A stretch of DNA of 64,000 nucleotides from Nitrospiraceae bacterium. GTDB taxonomy: Bacteria > Nitrospirota > Nitrospiria > Nitrospirales > Nitrospiraceae. Numbering within the stretch: the first letter of the stretch is position 1; every line of letters begins with the position of its first letter. Below are positions 16,919 to 29,364 of this stretch, in pieces. The position numbers were made by a program, and so were the translations under genes. Where the stretch lies: the NCBI GenBank assembly GCA_037442105.1, contig JBBIQV010000007.1, positions 1 through 64,000 of the forward strand. The letters are read 5' to 3'. Below the pieces are notes generated by a model, which made no database searches, was not told the DNA's origin, and was given only the letters and a program-made list of their open reading frames with translations.

Positions 16919-17428
16919 ATGAAAGAGTGGGAAGACAAAGACGTCGAGTTTATGCAGTTGGCGTTGGAACAGGCCAAGCTGGCTCCTTCTTCGGGAGAAG
17001 TGCCTATCGCCGCGGTGTTGGTGCTCGACGGGCAGGTGCTCGCACAGGTGCATAACTATCGAGAAATCTGGCAGGACCCCACGGCCCATGCGGAAGTCGT
17101 GGCGATCCGGGAAGCAGCCGCCCGATTAGGTACGTGGCGTTTAACCGGCACCACGCTTTACGTCACCGTCGAACCGTGCCCTATGTGCGCCGGCGCCATC
17201 ATCCAATCTCGTATCGCACGGCTGGTGTTCGGGGCATGGGACCCGAAGGCGGGCGCCTGTGGGTCGGTCTTCAACATTCCGGCCGAGCGCCGGTTGAACC
17301 ATCGGGTCGACGTGATCGGGGGGTTGCTGGAGCAAGAGAGTCAGGAACTGGTGCAGAGTTTTTTCCGGCGGCTCCGGATGGAGATCGGAAACTCTACGCC
17401 CTGGCCTTCCCCTGCCCCACTGGCGTAA
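16919..17428 (+). CDS. tadA: tRNA adenosine(34) deaminase
   Basis: GEVPIAAV, DPTAHAE, LYVTVEPCPMCAGA, DPKAGACGS, LNH. Confidence 0.95.
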   Translation: MKEWEDKDVEFMQLALEQAKLAPSSGEVPIAAVLVLDGQVLAQVHNYREIWQDPTAHAEVVAIREAAARLGTWRLTGTTLYVTVEPCPMCAGAIIQSRIARLVFGAWDPKAGACGSVFNIPAERRLNHRVDVIGGLLEQESQELVQSFFRRLRMEIGNSTPWPSPAPLA

Positions 17429-17437
17429 CAGAGAGGT

Positions 17438-18205
17438 TCATCTATTCGTCGGTTCCCACCGCCACCACTTCACGGGCAGGTTCATCCCTTCCACCGCCAG
17501 GGCGCCGACGAAGTCCTGCAACGGAACGAACCGGCGAAGAAAACATCGGCCCGTTTCGATGCCTGTCGAGGGACCATGTATCTCCGCCTCATCGCCATCG
17601 ATCGGCAGAGATACTTGCAGTTCATTCAAGGGGAACCGCAGGCCGGTTCCCAACGCTTTGAGAAATGCCTCGCGGCAGGTCCAATACTCGAAAAACCGGT
17701 GAGCCTGGGACTCCCCGGACAGGGCAGCCAGCGTGTCGTATTCCCGCTGTGAAAAGAACCGCCGGGCGAGTCCTGCGCCGTCCACGGCTCGACGGATATA
17801 TTCGAGGTCGATCCCAACCTCCCTGTTCAGGGCGACGGCATACGCCGCACAACCGTTAGAATGCGACATGTTGAAACGGAGATCTGCCGCGCGCTCACCC
17901 GCCCAAGCCAGCTTCGGCTTCCCCTGTGCCTCGTTCTCAAAGGCAAGGAATGCCGATTCCGTTCCGAGGTACCGACTGAGAATGTCTCGCAGAATACCGT
18001 GGGCAGCCACGAACCACGCTTGATCTGTCCGGCGGACCAGCCGTGCCGATCGATCGAGTTCGTCTTGTGATAGGGTACGGCAGAACCGGTTCAGTTCTTC
18101 ATCCGACCTCGTCAGCGATGCCAGCCAGACATGAACCTGACTTGCTTGGCAATCGAGCGTGCCCTCGGCGACGGCCCATTCCACTTCATGCAACGGCACG
18201 CGCAC
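17438..18205 (-). CDS. 4'-phosphopantetheinyl transferase (Sfp type)
   Basis: GKP, FNMSHS, EVGIDLE, WTCREAFLKALGTG. Confidence 0.92.
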   Translation of the reverse strand: MRVPLHEVEWAVAEGTLDCQASQVHVWLASLTRSDEELNRFCRTLSQDELDRSARLVRRTDQAWFVAAHGILRDILSRYLGTESAFLAFENEAQGKPKLAWAGERAADLRFNMSHSNGCAAYAVALNREVGIDLEYIRRAVDGAGLARRFFSQREYDTLAALSGESQAHRFFEYWTCREAFLKALGTGLRFPLNELQVSLPIDGDEAEIHGPSTGIETGRCFLRRFVPLQDFVGALAVEGMNLPVKWWRWEPTNR

Positions 18206-18267
18206 TCACTCCTCTGTCGATTGAAAAACGATCGCGCACACGGTAAGCTGCGCCATCGTTCACGGCC

Positions 18268-18357
<90 letters not shown>

Positions 18358-18478
18358 TACAAGTAGTGCTGAGCAACGAGTGCTGAGGACTGAGTAGCAA
18401 CTCACTGCACCTTAGAACCCGTGGCCAGTGACAGATGATGGGCGACGAGTGTAAGAACGTCGCCCATCGAAACCGGCA

Positions 18479-19990
18479 TTACCCCGTCGGACGTTTCTGC
18501 GCTAAGACCCTTCGCAGCTCCAGCATGGCAAGCGTATCCCGGCCGCAATACTGAAGCAGCGCCTCACGGAGGCGGAGCCGCTCAATCCAATCCGATTCCT
18601 CAAACACCATCCGGTAATAGGCACGAGCCGCCAAGCCGCCTTCCTTAATCTCCAAATCGTCATAGGTAAGCGAAGGAACCACGGCCGGCAAGACATCCTT
18701 GATGGAATAAGACCCCTTGAATCCGGGATGATAGTAGTGCTCCTTAATGACCTCGTATAGATCCCAGAGCCGTAAGATCACCTGCTTCAACTGCGCGTGG
18801 AAACGAGGCACTGCCTCGGTCAGCCGTTCCAAGACCGCCCGTTCGTAGCCGGAGTATACGCAGATGCTTCCTGCTTCCCCAACAGACTTCAGTAAGCTGG
18901 ACGCCAGTTCCTCTCGCGGATCGAGCGGATCGCCGCAGAGATACTCATCGTGGCGTACGGTACCATCCACGAATTCAATATGATTCGACCACTGAGTAGG
19001 AATAGTTTGATAGGGGCGTGTTTGGGGAAACCGGGGCACCGCCGGCATGAAGGTTTCAAAGTCCAGATGGTGTACCGGGTACGCGATGCGGCGGATCGCG
19101 TCCGCCAACCTTGGGCCGACCCATTCCCGATTGTCCTTCATTCGCCGTTGTACGGGTGAGAGCTTCACCGTGTCGGGAATCTCGTCGATCGTCTCGATCC
19201 CTTTCTGCGCCAACACCCGGTAGACTCGGTCCCCTCCCGGCAGATGGAATACCCAGCGCGCAGGCTTGGCGTTCGTGCAGTGGGCCCAAAAGGAGCACTC
19301 GTAGGGTATATGGCAATGGCCATCCGGTTCGATTGCGGGTGGGGTCGCTTCAGCGAGCATCTTCTTCATGGCGGCAAGCTGGTCGGGTATCTCCTCACAC
19401 CGCTGTGTCACTCGTTCGGTCAACTCGACCATCGTGAAGAGCTGCGTCACATCGACCTCACCGCCCGGATAAACGTACTGCGTGTTGACGTGCAACAGAC
19501 ATACGCTCGTGAGCGGGATGCCGGCTCCTTTCAGCACAATGCTTTGAATCGCCAAATCAGCCACATGAACGTCTTTTACTCTCGATGACGATTTCACTTC
19601 GATGAGGCGCCAACCTCCGGCACGTCCATCCGATCCTGCGACACGCTCCAAGACATCCACCCGCACCAGCACTCCATCCCATCGAAAGGCTCCTTCGAAG
19701 ATTGCGGGAACTTGCGGGTTGTTCACCAGTTCCGCCGTGCGTTGCAGCGCCTCGCTAGAATGCCGATGACCGGTTTCGACCAACACGCCTCCAGGAAACC
19801 TCTGACGGGCCAGCGCGCCTACATCTGTGCCCATATCCAGAATGGCTTGGGTCGAATCGTCGGGAGCCGTCGCAAGTTCCGGAGCGTGAATGTCCAGATA
19901 GAGCCGTTTGTGACACTGCAAGCCGGCGAGGAACTTCGACTTGGAGAGCCGATGCAAATTCGTGGTCGGCAAAGGGAGGTCTTCGTTCAT
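18479..19990 (-). CDS. DUF2779 domain-containing protein (nuclease-like N-terminus, RNase H-like C-terminus)
   Basis: LSKSKF..GLQC.KRLYL, RVDVL..LIEVKSS, HLDFET, PYQTIP.QWS.H, GSYSIK.VLP, YC..DT. Confidence 0.8.
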   Translation of the reverse strand: MNEDLPLPTTNLHRLSKSKFLAGLQCHKRLYLDIHAPELATAPDDSTQAILDMGTDVGALARQRFPGGVLVETGHRHSSEALQRTAELVNNPQVPAIFEGAFRWDGVLVRVDVLERVAGSDGRAGGWRLIEVKSSSRVKDVHVADLAIQSIVLKGAGIPLTSVCLLHVNTQYVYPGGEVDVTQLFTMVELTERVTQRCEEIPDQLAAMKKMLAEATPPAIEPDGHCHIPYECSFWAHCTNAKPARWVFHLPGGDRVYRVLAQKGIETIDEIPDTVKLSPVQRRMKDNREWVGPRLADAIRRIAYPVHHLDFETFMPAVPRFPQTRPYQTIPTQWSNHIEFVDGTVRHDEYLCGDPLDPREELASSLLKSVGEAGSICVYSGYERAVLERLTEAVPRFHAQLKQVILRLWDLYEVIKEHYYHPGFKGSYSIKDVLPAVVPSLTYDDLEIKEGGLAARAYYRMVFEESDWIERLRLREALLQYCGRDTLAMLELRRVLAQKRPTG

Positions 19991-20078
19991 AACGATCCCT
20001 GGTGTGCTCAGGCTACCGATCGGGCCGTCAATTGTCTAGCCCGTCGAAGGCATGCCCATTCTGATAGGATAGCCGGCT

Positions 20079-21407
20079 ATGTCATTCCGCACGACACAGA
20101 TTCGTAAAGCGGTGTTCGCGCTGGCGCTTCCCGTAACGGTGAGCAGTCTACTGCAACGGACCGAAGGTATCGTAGCCGTCTTTCTCGTTGGGGGCCTCGG
20201 TGCCACATCGATCGCGTCCGTGGGGCTGGGACAACTGCTGGCCTTCATCGGCACCACGCTGGTCTCAGGACTCTCCGTCGGAGCGAATGTGATCATCGCC
20301 CAACTCTGGGGCGCTCGTCGCTATCGCGATGCCGGAGACGCCGCAATCCATTTCGTGGGCCTGGCAACCATGCTATCCCTTCTGCTCATGGCGATGGGGC
20401 TGTGGCTCAATCGCCGGGCCATGGTCTTACTGGGCGTGGAACCAGAGGTCATCGCGCTGGCAGGTCCCTACTCGGATATCATCTTCCTCGTCATTCCCTT
20501 CACGGTATTCTTACAAGTCTTGTCGTCCATCCTGCAAGGCACCGCAGATACGCGCTCGCCGATGTTCGCCATGATCGGGGTGAACCTGCTGCATATCTTC
20601 GTGGCCTACCCGCTCATTTATGGATCATGGGGTTTGCCGGCACTCGGAGTCAAAGGCGCCGGTATCGCCGTGGGTCTTGCCGAAGCGGCAGGGGCAGCGT
20701 TTCTGCTCCTACGATCTTGGCCGCTGCTGTCATCGCCGACTAACTTGCGCCGCGATTTGGTCCGTGCGGTTTGGCAAGTGGGCGCACCGGTGTCCGGCGA
20801 ACGGATCGTTCAGCAGGGCGGGATCATGCTTTATACGAAAATCGTTTTCCTCTACGGCACCGTATCCTACGCCGCGCACCAGGTCGGGCTGTCCATCGAG
20901 GCGTTTTCGTTTCTGCCGGGCTACGGTTTTGCAGTGGCGGCAGCCACCATGGTCGGTCAGAGCATCGGCGCCGGCAAGTACATTCGCGCGAAGATCGAAA
21001 ACTGGGAAGCGAATCGCATGGCCGCCGTCATCATGGCCGGCATGGGTGTCGTCTTCTTTGTCTTCCCCTATGGATTGCTCCGAGCCTTCACGAGCGACGA
21101 GACGGTGATCGCGTTGGGGACGCTGTTCCTGAAGATTGTCGCCGTGCTTCAGATTCCGCTCGCCTTGACGATGGTGCTGGCCGGGTCGTTGCGTGGCGCG
21201 GGCGATACGCGCGCGATCATGTGGGCGACCTTCGTCGGCATGTGGGGCGTCCGCGTGCCGATGGCTTGTGTGGCGGCGCTCTGGTTCAACGCAGCACTCG
21301 TATATGTTTGGAGCGCCATGATCGCCGACTGGACGGTGCGGATGGGGCTGCTACTCTGGCGCTATCAGTCGGAGCGGTGGCGGATGATTCAGGTGATTCG
21401 AGATTGA
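20079..21407 (+). CDS. MATE family efflux transporter
   Basis: About 12 TMs; LALP, AQLWGA, LQGTADTRSP, LGVKGAGIA, VGQSIGA, LRGAGDT. Confidence 0.92.
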   Translation: MSFRTTQIRKAVFALALPVTVSSLLQRTEGIVAVFLVGGLGATSIASVGLGQLLAFIGTTLVSGLSVGANVIIAQLWGARRYRDAGDAAIHFVGLATMLSLLLMAMGLWLNRRAMVLLGVEPEVIALAGPYSDIIFLVIPFTVFLQVLSSILQGTADTRSPMFAMIGVNLLHIFVAYPLIYGSWGLPALGVKGAGIAVGLAEAAGAAFLLLRSWPLLSSPTNLRRDLVRAVWQVGAPVSGERIVQQGGIMLYTKIVFLYGTVSYAAHQVGLSIEAFSFLPGYGFAVAAATMVGQSIGAGKYIRAKIENWEANRMAAVIMAGMGVVFFVFPYGLLRAFTSDETVIALGTLFLKIVAVLQIPLALTMVLAGSLRGAGDTRAIMWATFVGMWGVRVPMACVAALWFNAALVYVWSAMIADWTVRMGLLLWRYQSERWRMIQVIRD

Positions 21408-21410
21408 TCG

Positions 21411-22757
21411 TCACCCGTGCGTCCTGGTTGACGGCCTGGTGTCCCGACCAGGCCCTTGCGTGATCTCGATTCTCCCGACCCCCTTCACATTCGCACAGAG
21501 GTCGCCCAGACCGGGAGTCATGAGGCGGAATGGACCTCCCTTAGCTTCCGGCAAAGGTTGGCCGTCCACTTCATAGATCAAGATGCCGTGATCAACTGCT
21601 TGCTTCAGCGTAAGGCTGGCGGAGAATTTGCCGTCTTGAGAATGGAAAGTCGCATGGTCGGCATCGATCGCAAGCGCCGGTACCTCTAGCAGCCCTTTGA
21701 TCCTGATGCCCCGCCCCTTCATTCCCGGCATCACCGCACCGACATCCGGCACATGATGTTCCGCCGGTAGCGCCGCAAGGGCCGCCCGATCCATCGTAAC
21801 CGGTTGCACGACGGCTCCGTCGATCCGCAAAACGCCCAGGCCGCTTTTCTCCTTCTCTGTGATCGCTTTGATCATGGCGGTAAGCGCCTCGTTCACCGGC
21901 GTGGGGATGCTGTGCTCCCGCCCCAGTCGTACGATCATCCCGTTCAAGGCGTCGATCTCCGTCGGCCTGCCCGCTTTCCAATCGTCGTACATCGAGGTGT
22001 GAATGTCGCGGATCTCCTGCGTCCAGCGCACAACCTTGTCCGCCATCTCCGGTGCCAAGGGCACTTTGACCGCCGCTGAGACGGCTGCCACTTCGCCGAC
22101 AATCTGATGGATCACTCCCAACATCTCCGGATGATCGAGCGCCTTCGCGACCTTGTCGTCGACGATGACGGTCAGCGGATTGAAGACGCAGTTCCAGCAC
22201 ATCTTCTCCCATTTGCTGCGTCGTATGTCCTTCGACACCTGACAGGGAATTCCGGATGAGACAAACAAGTCGCGAATCTTCAGTAGCCGTTCGCTCTCGT
22301 GCCCCATGAGTTCCCCGATCGCTACCGAGCCTTTTTTGTAATGGTCGATTACGCCTGGCTCGGCGATCTTGGAGTAGATGAAGGCGACGCCACCGACCAC
22401 GCAATCCCGCTTGAGCCTGGCGATGATGCGATCTTCTGTATCCACCCCGTTCTGGAGCGTGAGGATGACTGTGCGCTCCGTGAGAATCGGTTCGAGCTGG
22501 GTCAATGTGGCATCGAGATCGTAGGCCTTGACCCCCAAGATGATCAAATCGGGTCCGGGCAACTCACGCGGATCGGCAGCCGCCGGCGGCCGAACCGTGA
22601 AGGTTCCGCTCGCGCTTCTGATCGTGAGTCCCCACTGCCGGACGGCTGCCAACGTTCGCGGTCTCAGCAAGAACGAGACATTCGGATTGTGTTTCGCGAG
22701 GTGGGCGCCGAAAAATCCTCCGACGGACCCGGCCCCGACCATCATGACCTGTTCCAT
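21411..22757 (-). CDS. panE: 2-dehydropantoate 2-reductase fused to a C-terminal molybdopterin-oxidoreductase-like domain
   Basis: VGAGSVGG, VKAYD, LQNG, KWEK..WN..FN, SMYDD..GRPTEID..NG; tail GQPLP...GGPFRL..PG...NVK. Confidence 0.85.
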   Translation of the reverse strand: MEQVMMVGAGSVGGFFGAHLAKHNPNVSFLLRPRTLAAVRQWGLTIRSASGTFTVRPPAAADPRELPGPDLIILGVKAYDLDATLTQLEPILTERTVILTLQNGVDTEDRIIARLKRDCVVGGVAFIYSKIAEPGVIDHYKKGSVAIGELMGHESERLLKIRDLFVSSGIPCQVSKDIRRSKWEKMCWNCVFNPLTVIVDDKVAKALDHPEMLGVIHQIVGEVAAVSAAVKVPLAPEMADKVVRWTQEIRDIHTSMYDDWKAGRPTEIDALNGMIVRLGREHSIPTPVNEALTAMIKAITEKEKSGLGVLRIDGAVVQPVTMDRAALAALPAEHHVPDVGAVMPGMKGRGIRIKGLLEVPALAIDADHATFHSQDGKFSASLTLKQAVDHGILIYEVDGQPLPEAKGGPFRLMTPGLGDLCANVKGVGRIEITQGPGRDTRPSTRTHG

Positions 22758-22775
22758 CGAGAAGACTCCAAATAT

Positions 22776-22830
22776 GCAGTCAGCTCTCAGCTATCAGCAT
22801 TCAGCCCCATTGCTGACAGCCGATAGTCTG
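22776..22830. repeat. Heptamer array pair (CAGCNNT / GCTGANN) between divergent genes
   Basis: CAGCTCT CAGCTAT CAGCATT CAGCCCC ... GCTGACA GCCGATA. Confidence 0.65.
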
Positions 22831-22899
22831 TTACATTGACGGCCACAAGTGCTGCGCACCCGTAAGAGTAGTGTAGAATGCGCGGTGAAGCAACCGGCC

Positions 22900-23643
22900 A
22901 TGTCCTTCGCCACCGACCTCGAACGTGTTCGCACCGCTTTGGGCAACGCCTGCGCCGTAACCGTGCTCACCGGCGCCGGTATCTCCGCCGACAGCGGAGT
23001 CCCGACGTTTCGTGGCGCAGACGGACTGTGGAAGAATTTCCGGGCGGAGGACCTCGCCACGCCGGAGGCTTTCGCGCGCGATCCCCGGTTGGTCTGGGAA
23101 TGGTACAACTGGCGGCGGGAGTTGATCGCGACCAAACAGCCTAATCCGGCGCATCACACCGTCGCTCAGATGGAACGGCAGTTCCCACGGTTCTGGCTGA
23201 TCACGCAAAACGTGGATGGATTGCACCGCGATGCCGGTTCCCAGCAACTCTCGGAAATCCACGGCAACATCTGGATGGTCCGTTGTACCCGCTGCGGCCG
23301 CGTGACTGAGAACCGTGACGTGCCGATCCATATCCTTCCCTTATGTCGTTCGTGCGATGGGCTCCTTCGCCCCCACATCGTCTGGTTCGGGGAATCCCTG
23401 GATTCGGCAGACACCGAGCAAAGCTACCGCGCACTCTCCGAGACGGAGGTGTTGCTGGTGATCGGAACGTCAGGAGTGGTGTATCCGGCTGCCGGCTTTG
23501 CCTCCGTGGCGAAACATGCGGGGGCGTTTGTCGCAGAGATCAACCCGGATATCACGCCCAACTCCGGCGTGGCAGATGTATCCCTGCAGGGCCGCGCGCG
23601 CGACATTGTTCCGTTGCTACTCGAAGGTCTCCAGCAGGGGTAA
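22900..23643 (+). CDS. cobB: NAD-dependent protein deacylase (sirtuin)
   Basis: TGAGISADSGVPTFRG, TQNVDGLH, HG, CxxC..CxxC, RP.IVWFGE, GTSG.VYPAA. Confidence 0.95.
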   Translation: MSFATDLERVRTALGNACAVTVLTGAGISADSGVPTFRGADGLWKNFRAEDLATPEAFARDPRLVWEWYNWRRELIATKQPNPAHHTVAQMERQFPRFWLITQNVDGLHRDAGSQQLSEIHGNIWMVRCTRCGRVTENRDVPIHILPLCRSCDGLLRPHIVWFGESLDSADTEQSYRALSETEVLLVIGTSGVVYPAAGFASVAKHAGAFVAEINPDITPNSGVADVSLQGRARDIVPLLLEGLQQG

Positions 23644-24396
23644 CAGTTCGTCCAGTGTGTGAATGGTGGGAGCAGTTGATGTGGGCGCAGATCGAGTCTC
23701 CCTTTCAATCAGCAGTCCGTGGAGCCCTGCCGCCCTGGCTCCTTCCACGTCCTCTTTCATGTTGTCTCCGATATGAAGAGCTTCGCATGGCTCCACCGCG
23801 TGTTTTTCCAGCGCATGGATGAAAATCAGTGGAGCCGGCTTTGCAGAGTGCGCCAGGCTGGCGATCGTGACCGTGTCGAAGAAATCCAGCAGACCGAGCG
23901 AGCGCAAGACGTTGAAGAGCCGGGAGTCGAAGTTCGAGATGATGCCCAACTCAAAACCATGCTCCCGCAACTGTTTCAAGGCGCCGAGCGTATCCGGGTA
24001 GAGCATCCACCAATCGGGGCCGTCGAAGGCGTGAAAGACCTCTTCAAAAAATTCATCGAATCCCTCGAACATCCCGACCCGATAGAATACGTTGTGCACG
24101 ATGTCGAACCACCAAAGACGTTCGCACTGCTTGATCTTGACTGGGTCCATTGTGGCAAACACCGGTGGAGGAGCTTCCTGAAAAGCGCGGGCAAAGGCGG
24201 TCTTGATCGCCGCCTGTGAATCAGCAGTCCTTCTGAATCCGTGCTTCTCCGCGTACCGGAGGTAAATATCGGCGACGGACCCTCTGACCTGGAAGAGTGT
24301 CCCCGCCGCGTCGAAAAAGATCACCTGAATGGACGCCAGCTTCTTCAAATCCGCCACGGTCCTCCCCTTACACTCTGGCGCGGGGATTGTATTCAT
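23617..24396 (-). CDS. HAD-IA family hydrolase
   Basis: FFDAAGTL, IISNFD, KP.P.IF, HIGD...DV.GA. Confidence 0.9.
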   Translation of the reverse strand: MNTIPAPECKGRTVADLKKLASIQVIFFDAAGTLFQVRGSVADIYLRYAEKHGFRRTADSQAAIKTAFARAFQEAPPPVFATMDPVKIKQCERLWWFDIVHNVFYRVGMFEGFDEFFEEVFHAFDGPDWWMLYPDTLGALKQLREHGFELGIISNFDSRLFNVLRSLGLLDFFDTVTIASLAHSAKPAPLIFIHALEKHAVEPCEALHIGDNMKEDVEGARAAGLHGLLIERETRSAPTSTAPTIHTLDELLPLLETFE

Positions 24397-24435
24397 GGTC
24401 AAAAAGCGAAGTCAAAACACCCTGCGCCCCGTTTC

Positions 24436-24464
24436 TTGACAAAGCCACCCCCCTTTGCTACGGT
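24436..24464 (+). promoter_or_regulatory. Putative sigma70 promoter for the receiver-domain gene
   Basis: TTGACA, 17-nt spacer, TG-n-TACGGT. Confidence 0.4.
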
Positions 24465-24496
24465 TTTCAATAAATCCAATGAAATTGGAGACTTAG

Positions 24497-25564
24497 ATGC
24501 CGACTCGCATCTTCGTGGTGGATAGCAGTCCAGCCGTTCGTCGCATTGTCGAGCAGATCTCGACCCCTGAAGGTTTTGAAGTGGTTGGGTTTCAGGACGG
24601 CCCTGCCGCCCTAGAAGCGGCCAAGCGCATGAGTCCGCAACTTATCATTGCCGATTATCATCTCGACAACATGACGTTTTCCGGATTCTGCAAGGAAGTC
24701 AACAAACTTGATAATCTCTCTGAGACCTTCATCGTTTCCCTGATCAATTCCAGCGACCGGCCTGATGAACAGCATCTCCGTACCCTCGGCGTGAAGGCCT
24801 TCTTGAAGAAACCGTTTCAATCCGAGCATCTTTTGGATGTCATCAAATCTCTAGAGACAAATGGTCATCAGGCCGGCATGAATGGCGCATCGGGTATGCG
24901 GCGGAACTGGCCACCAGAATCCGCTGCTACCGATACCGAAGAGCTGGAAATGGAGCCGACCACTGCAGAGGATGACAATCTCGCCGGCGAGCAGGAAGAA
25001 GGCTCCTCCACGGAACAACCAGCTCCTGCCCCTGCATTCTCGATAACGCCGAGCGCTTCCGAAGCAGGAGAGGCGGCTGGAAACGAAGGCCAGGCGAGCG
25101 AAGTGGCGGAACTCTTGCCGGACGTCGTTTCCCGCGCGCCGGCGGCACTCTCATCCGAGCATATGGCGACGTTGCTTCACGACTTTGTTCACCAAGAACT
25201 ACCTGTGGTGCTGAACCAGGAGATTGCTCAGCAGGAACCGGCAGTCCGTCACTTGGTCGAAGAAATGGTTACTTTGCAGGTGCAAAGCATCGTGGCCCCT
25301 CTCGTTCGCGAGCTCGTCGAATCCTCCGTGCGCAAGCAGCTCGCGGAGGTTGTCCGCGAACAACTTGGCGCCATCGAACTGCTGGTGAAAGACGAAATTC
25401 AGCGCGCCGCCTCCACCCACGCTCACGAAGTAGCCGAGCATACCGTCAGAGAGGTCGCACAAGAAAAGATTGCCCAGGCGGTGAAACAACTCGTACCAGA
25501 AATCGCTGAAACTCAAATCAAAGAAGAAATCAAGAGATTGAGTTCGGACACGCCTTCTGCCTAA
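24497..25564 (+). CDS. RomR-like response regulator (receiver, acidic Pro-rich linker, helical C-terminus)
   Basis: Receiver (VVDSS, IIAD, KPF), low-complexity E/P/A linker, C-terminal VPEIAETQIKEEIKRL. Confidence 0.72.
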   Translation: MPTRIFVVDSSPAVRRIVEQISTPEGFEVVGFQDGPAALEAAKRMSPQLIIADYHLDNMTFSGFCKEVNKLDNLSETFIVSLINSSDRPDEQHLRTLGVKAFLKKPFQSEHLLDVIKSLETNGHQAGMNGASGMRRNWPPESAATDTEELEMEPTTAEDDNLAGEQEEGSSTEQPAPAPAFSITPSASEAGEAAGNEGQASEVAELLPDVVSRAPAALSSEHMATLLHDFVHQELPVVLNQEIAQQEPAVRHLVEEMVTLQVQSIVAPLVRELVESSVRKQLAEVVREQLGAIELLVKDEIQRAASTHAHEVAEHTVREVAQEKIAQAVKQLVPEIAETQIKEEIKRLSSDTPSA

Positions 25565-25588
25565 CGCCCCCCATCGGCCTTTTCGCCG

Positions 25589-25702
25589 CTATTTTTTCTT
25601 TCCTCGTTTGCTGCGATGCGCTTTCGCGAGAGCCTTCATGCGCTGAACGTTCTTCCGGTGTTTCTTGCGTGTCTTACGATCTTTCTCGCGTCCTCTCGCC
25701 AT
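25589..25702 (-). CDS. Small highly basic protein (37 aa)
   Basis: MARGREKDRKTRKKHRKNVQRMKALAKAHRSKRGKKK preceded by GGAGAAAGGA. Confidence 0.6.
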   Translation of the reverse strand: MARGREKDRKTRKKHRKNVQRMKALAKAHRSKRGKKK

Positions 25703-25813
25703 AATGACTCGTCCTTTCTCCAGGCAGGTGAAAGTCGTCGGCTCCGTGTAAAACCTCGCGCGGGGCGCATGTATAGCACAATGCCGGACCAGCCACAAGC
25801 GGACATCGGACAC

Positions 25814-25864
25814 ATGTCGTACGTGATTGAGTACTCGCCTGATGCTCAGGAGCATCCGAGGGCC
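25814..25864 (+). pseudogene. RelE/ParE-like toxin N-terminal remnant
   Basis: MSYVIEYSPDAQEHPRA resembles RelE-family N-termini; the similarity then stops. Confidence 0.45.
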
Positions 25865-25944
25865 AGTACCCTGTACAGGTTCTTGCCGTCCGTTCCTGAC
25901 GCGATTGCGATGCGGCAACTGCTCTCGTAAGCGTTTCGAGGTGC

Positions 25945-26050
25945 GAAGAGGGACGAAACGATCCGCAACTTCCTAAAGCGACGATCGGGCAGATTCCCGG
26001 CCTCTGAGCACGTCGATAAAGACACCGGTATCCAGCACAATCTTGGTCAC
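25945..26050 (-). pseudogene. VapC (PIN-domain) toxin remnant
   Basis: GTG start, MTKIVLDTGVFIDVLRGRESARSSL, in-frame TAG, then EVADRFVPL. Confidence 0.7.
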
Positions 26051-26224
26051 CGGATACCCAACCGCCTCAAGCGGGTCGACTTACGAAGCGATCCGCTTGT
26101 CCTCATGACGCAATGCGTCTCCCACGACCTTGCTCTGCCTCCCCCTTGGAACCGTTTTCTTCAATTCTTCGAGCAGATCTTCGGGCAACGTAAGATTCGC
26201 CTGTCTCGTTGCACTCGCCACCAT
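26047..26224 (-). pseudogene. RHH/CopG-type antitoxin, frameshifted or internally deleted
   Basis: GGAGG RBS; MVASATRQANLTLPEDLLEELKKTVPRGRQSKVVGDALR stops at 26081; an alternate-frame tail SLRKSTRLRRLGIR* ends in a GTGA overlap with the vapC start. Confidence 0.65.
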
Positions 26225-26276
26225 GGTCCTCCCTCAACCTATAGAATCACCTTGCTGAAAGGGAGGGATTTGTCGC

Positions 26277-26417
26277 ATGGTTGATCTGAAATATTCGTTG
26301 ATCATCGAAGCAACTGCCGATCCGAATTTCTTTGGATTTTATTCTCCCGATCTCGAAGGCTTCACTGGGATCGGTCATTCGATCGAAGATTGCCTCTACA
26401 AGGCGAAATGGGGGTGA
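26277..26417 (+). pseudogene. Truncated HicB-family antitoxin
   Basis: GGGAGGG RBS; MVDLKYSLIIEATADPNFFGFYSPDLEGFTGIGHSIEDCLYKAKWG* (HicB PDL.G...G.S.E motif), only 46 aa. Confidence 0.7.
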
Positions 26418-26595
26418 GAATTGGGGTCAGAGTCCAATTTCTGAGCGATCCGCCCTTTTCGGGCCTCCTCGCGCTTCCCCTTTGAGCCGTCTCCCAACTC
26501 TGCTGCCGGCCTCCAGTCCTTCCCCCACATCGCCTTGTGAGGCTCCGGTGAGCATGTTAAGATGGCGCCCTGCCGCCGTATGGCCATGATCATCC

Positions 26596-29360
<2,765 letters not shown>

Positions 29361-29364
<4 letters not shown>

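Noticed and set aside
16919..17428. Functional clustering of tadA with its substrate tRNA-Arg(ACG)
   Set aside because: 17 kb apart with unrelated genes between; likely coincidental.
17438..18205. PPTase marking an NRPS/PKS cluster
   Set aside because: No carrier protein or synthase genes in the window.
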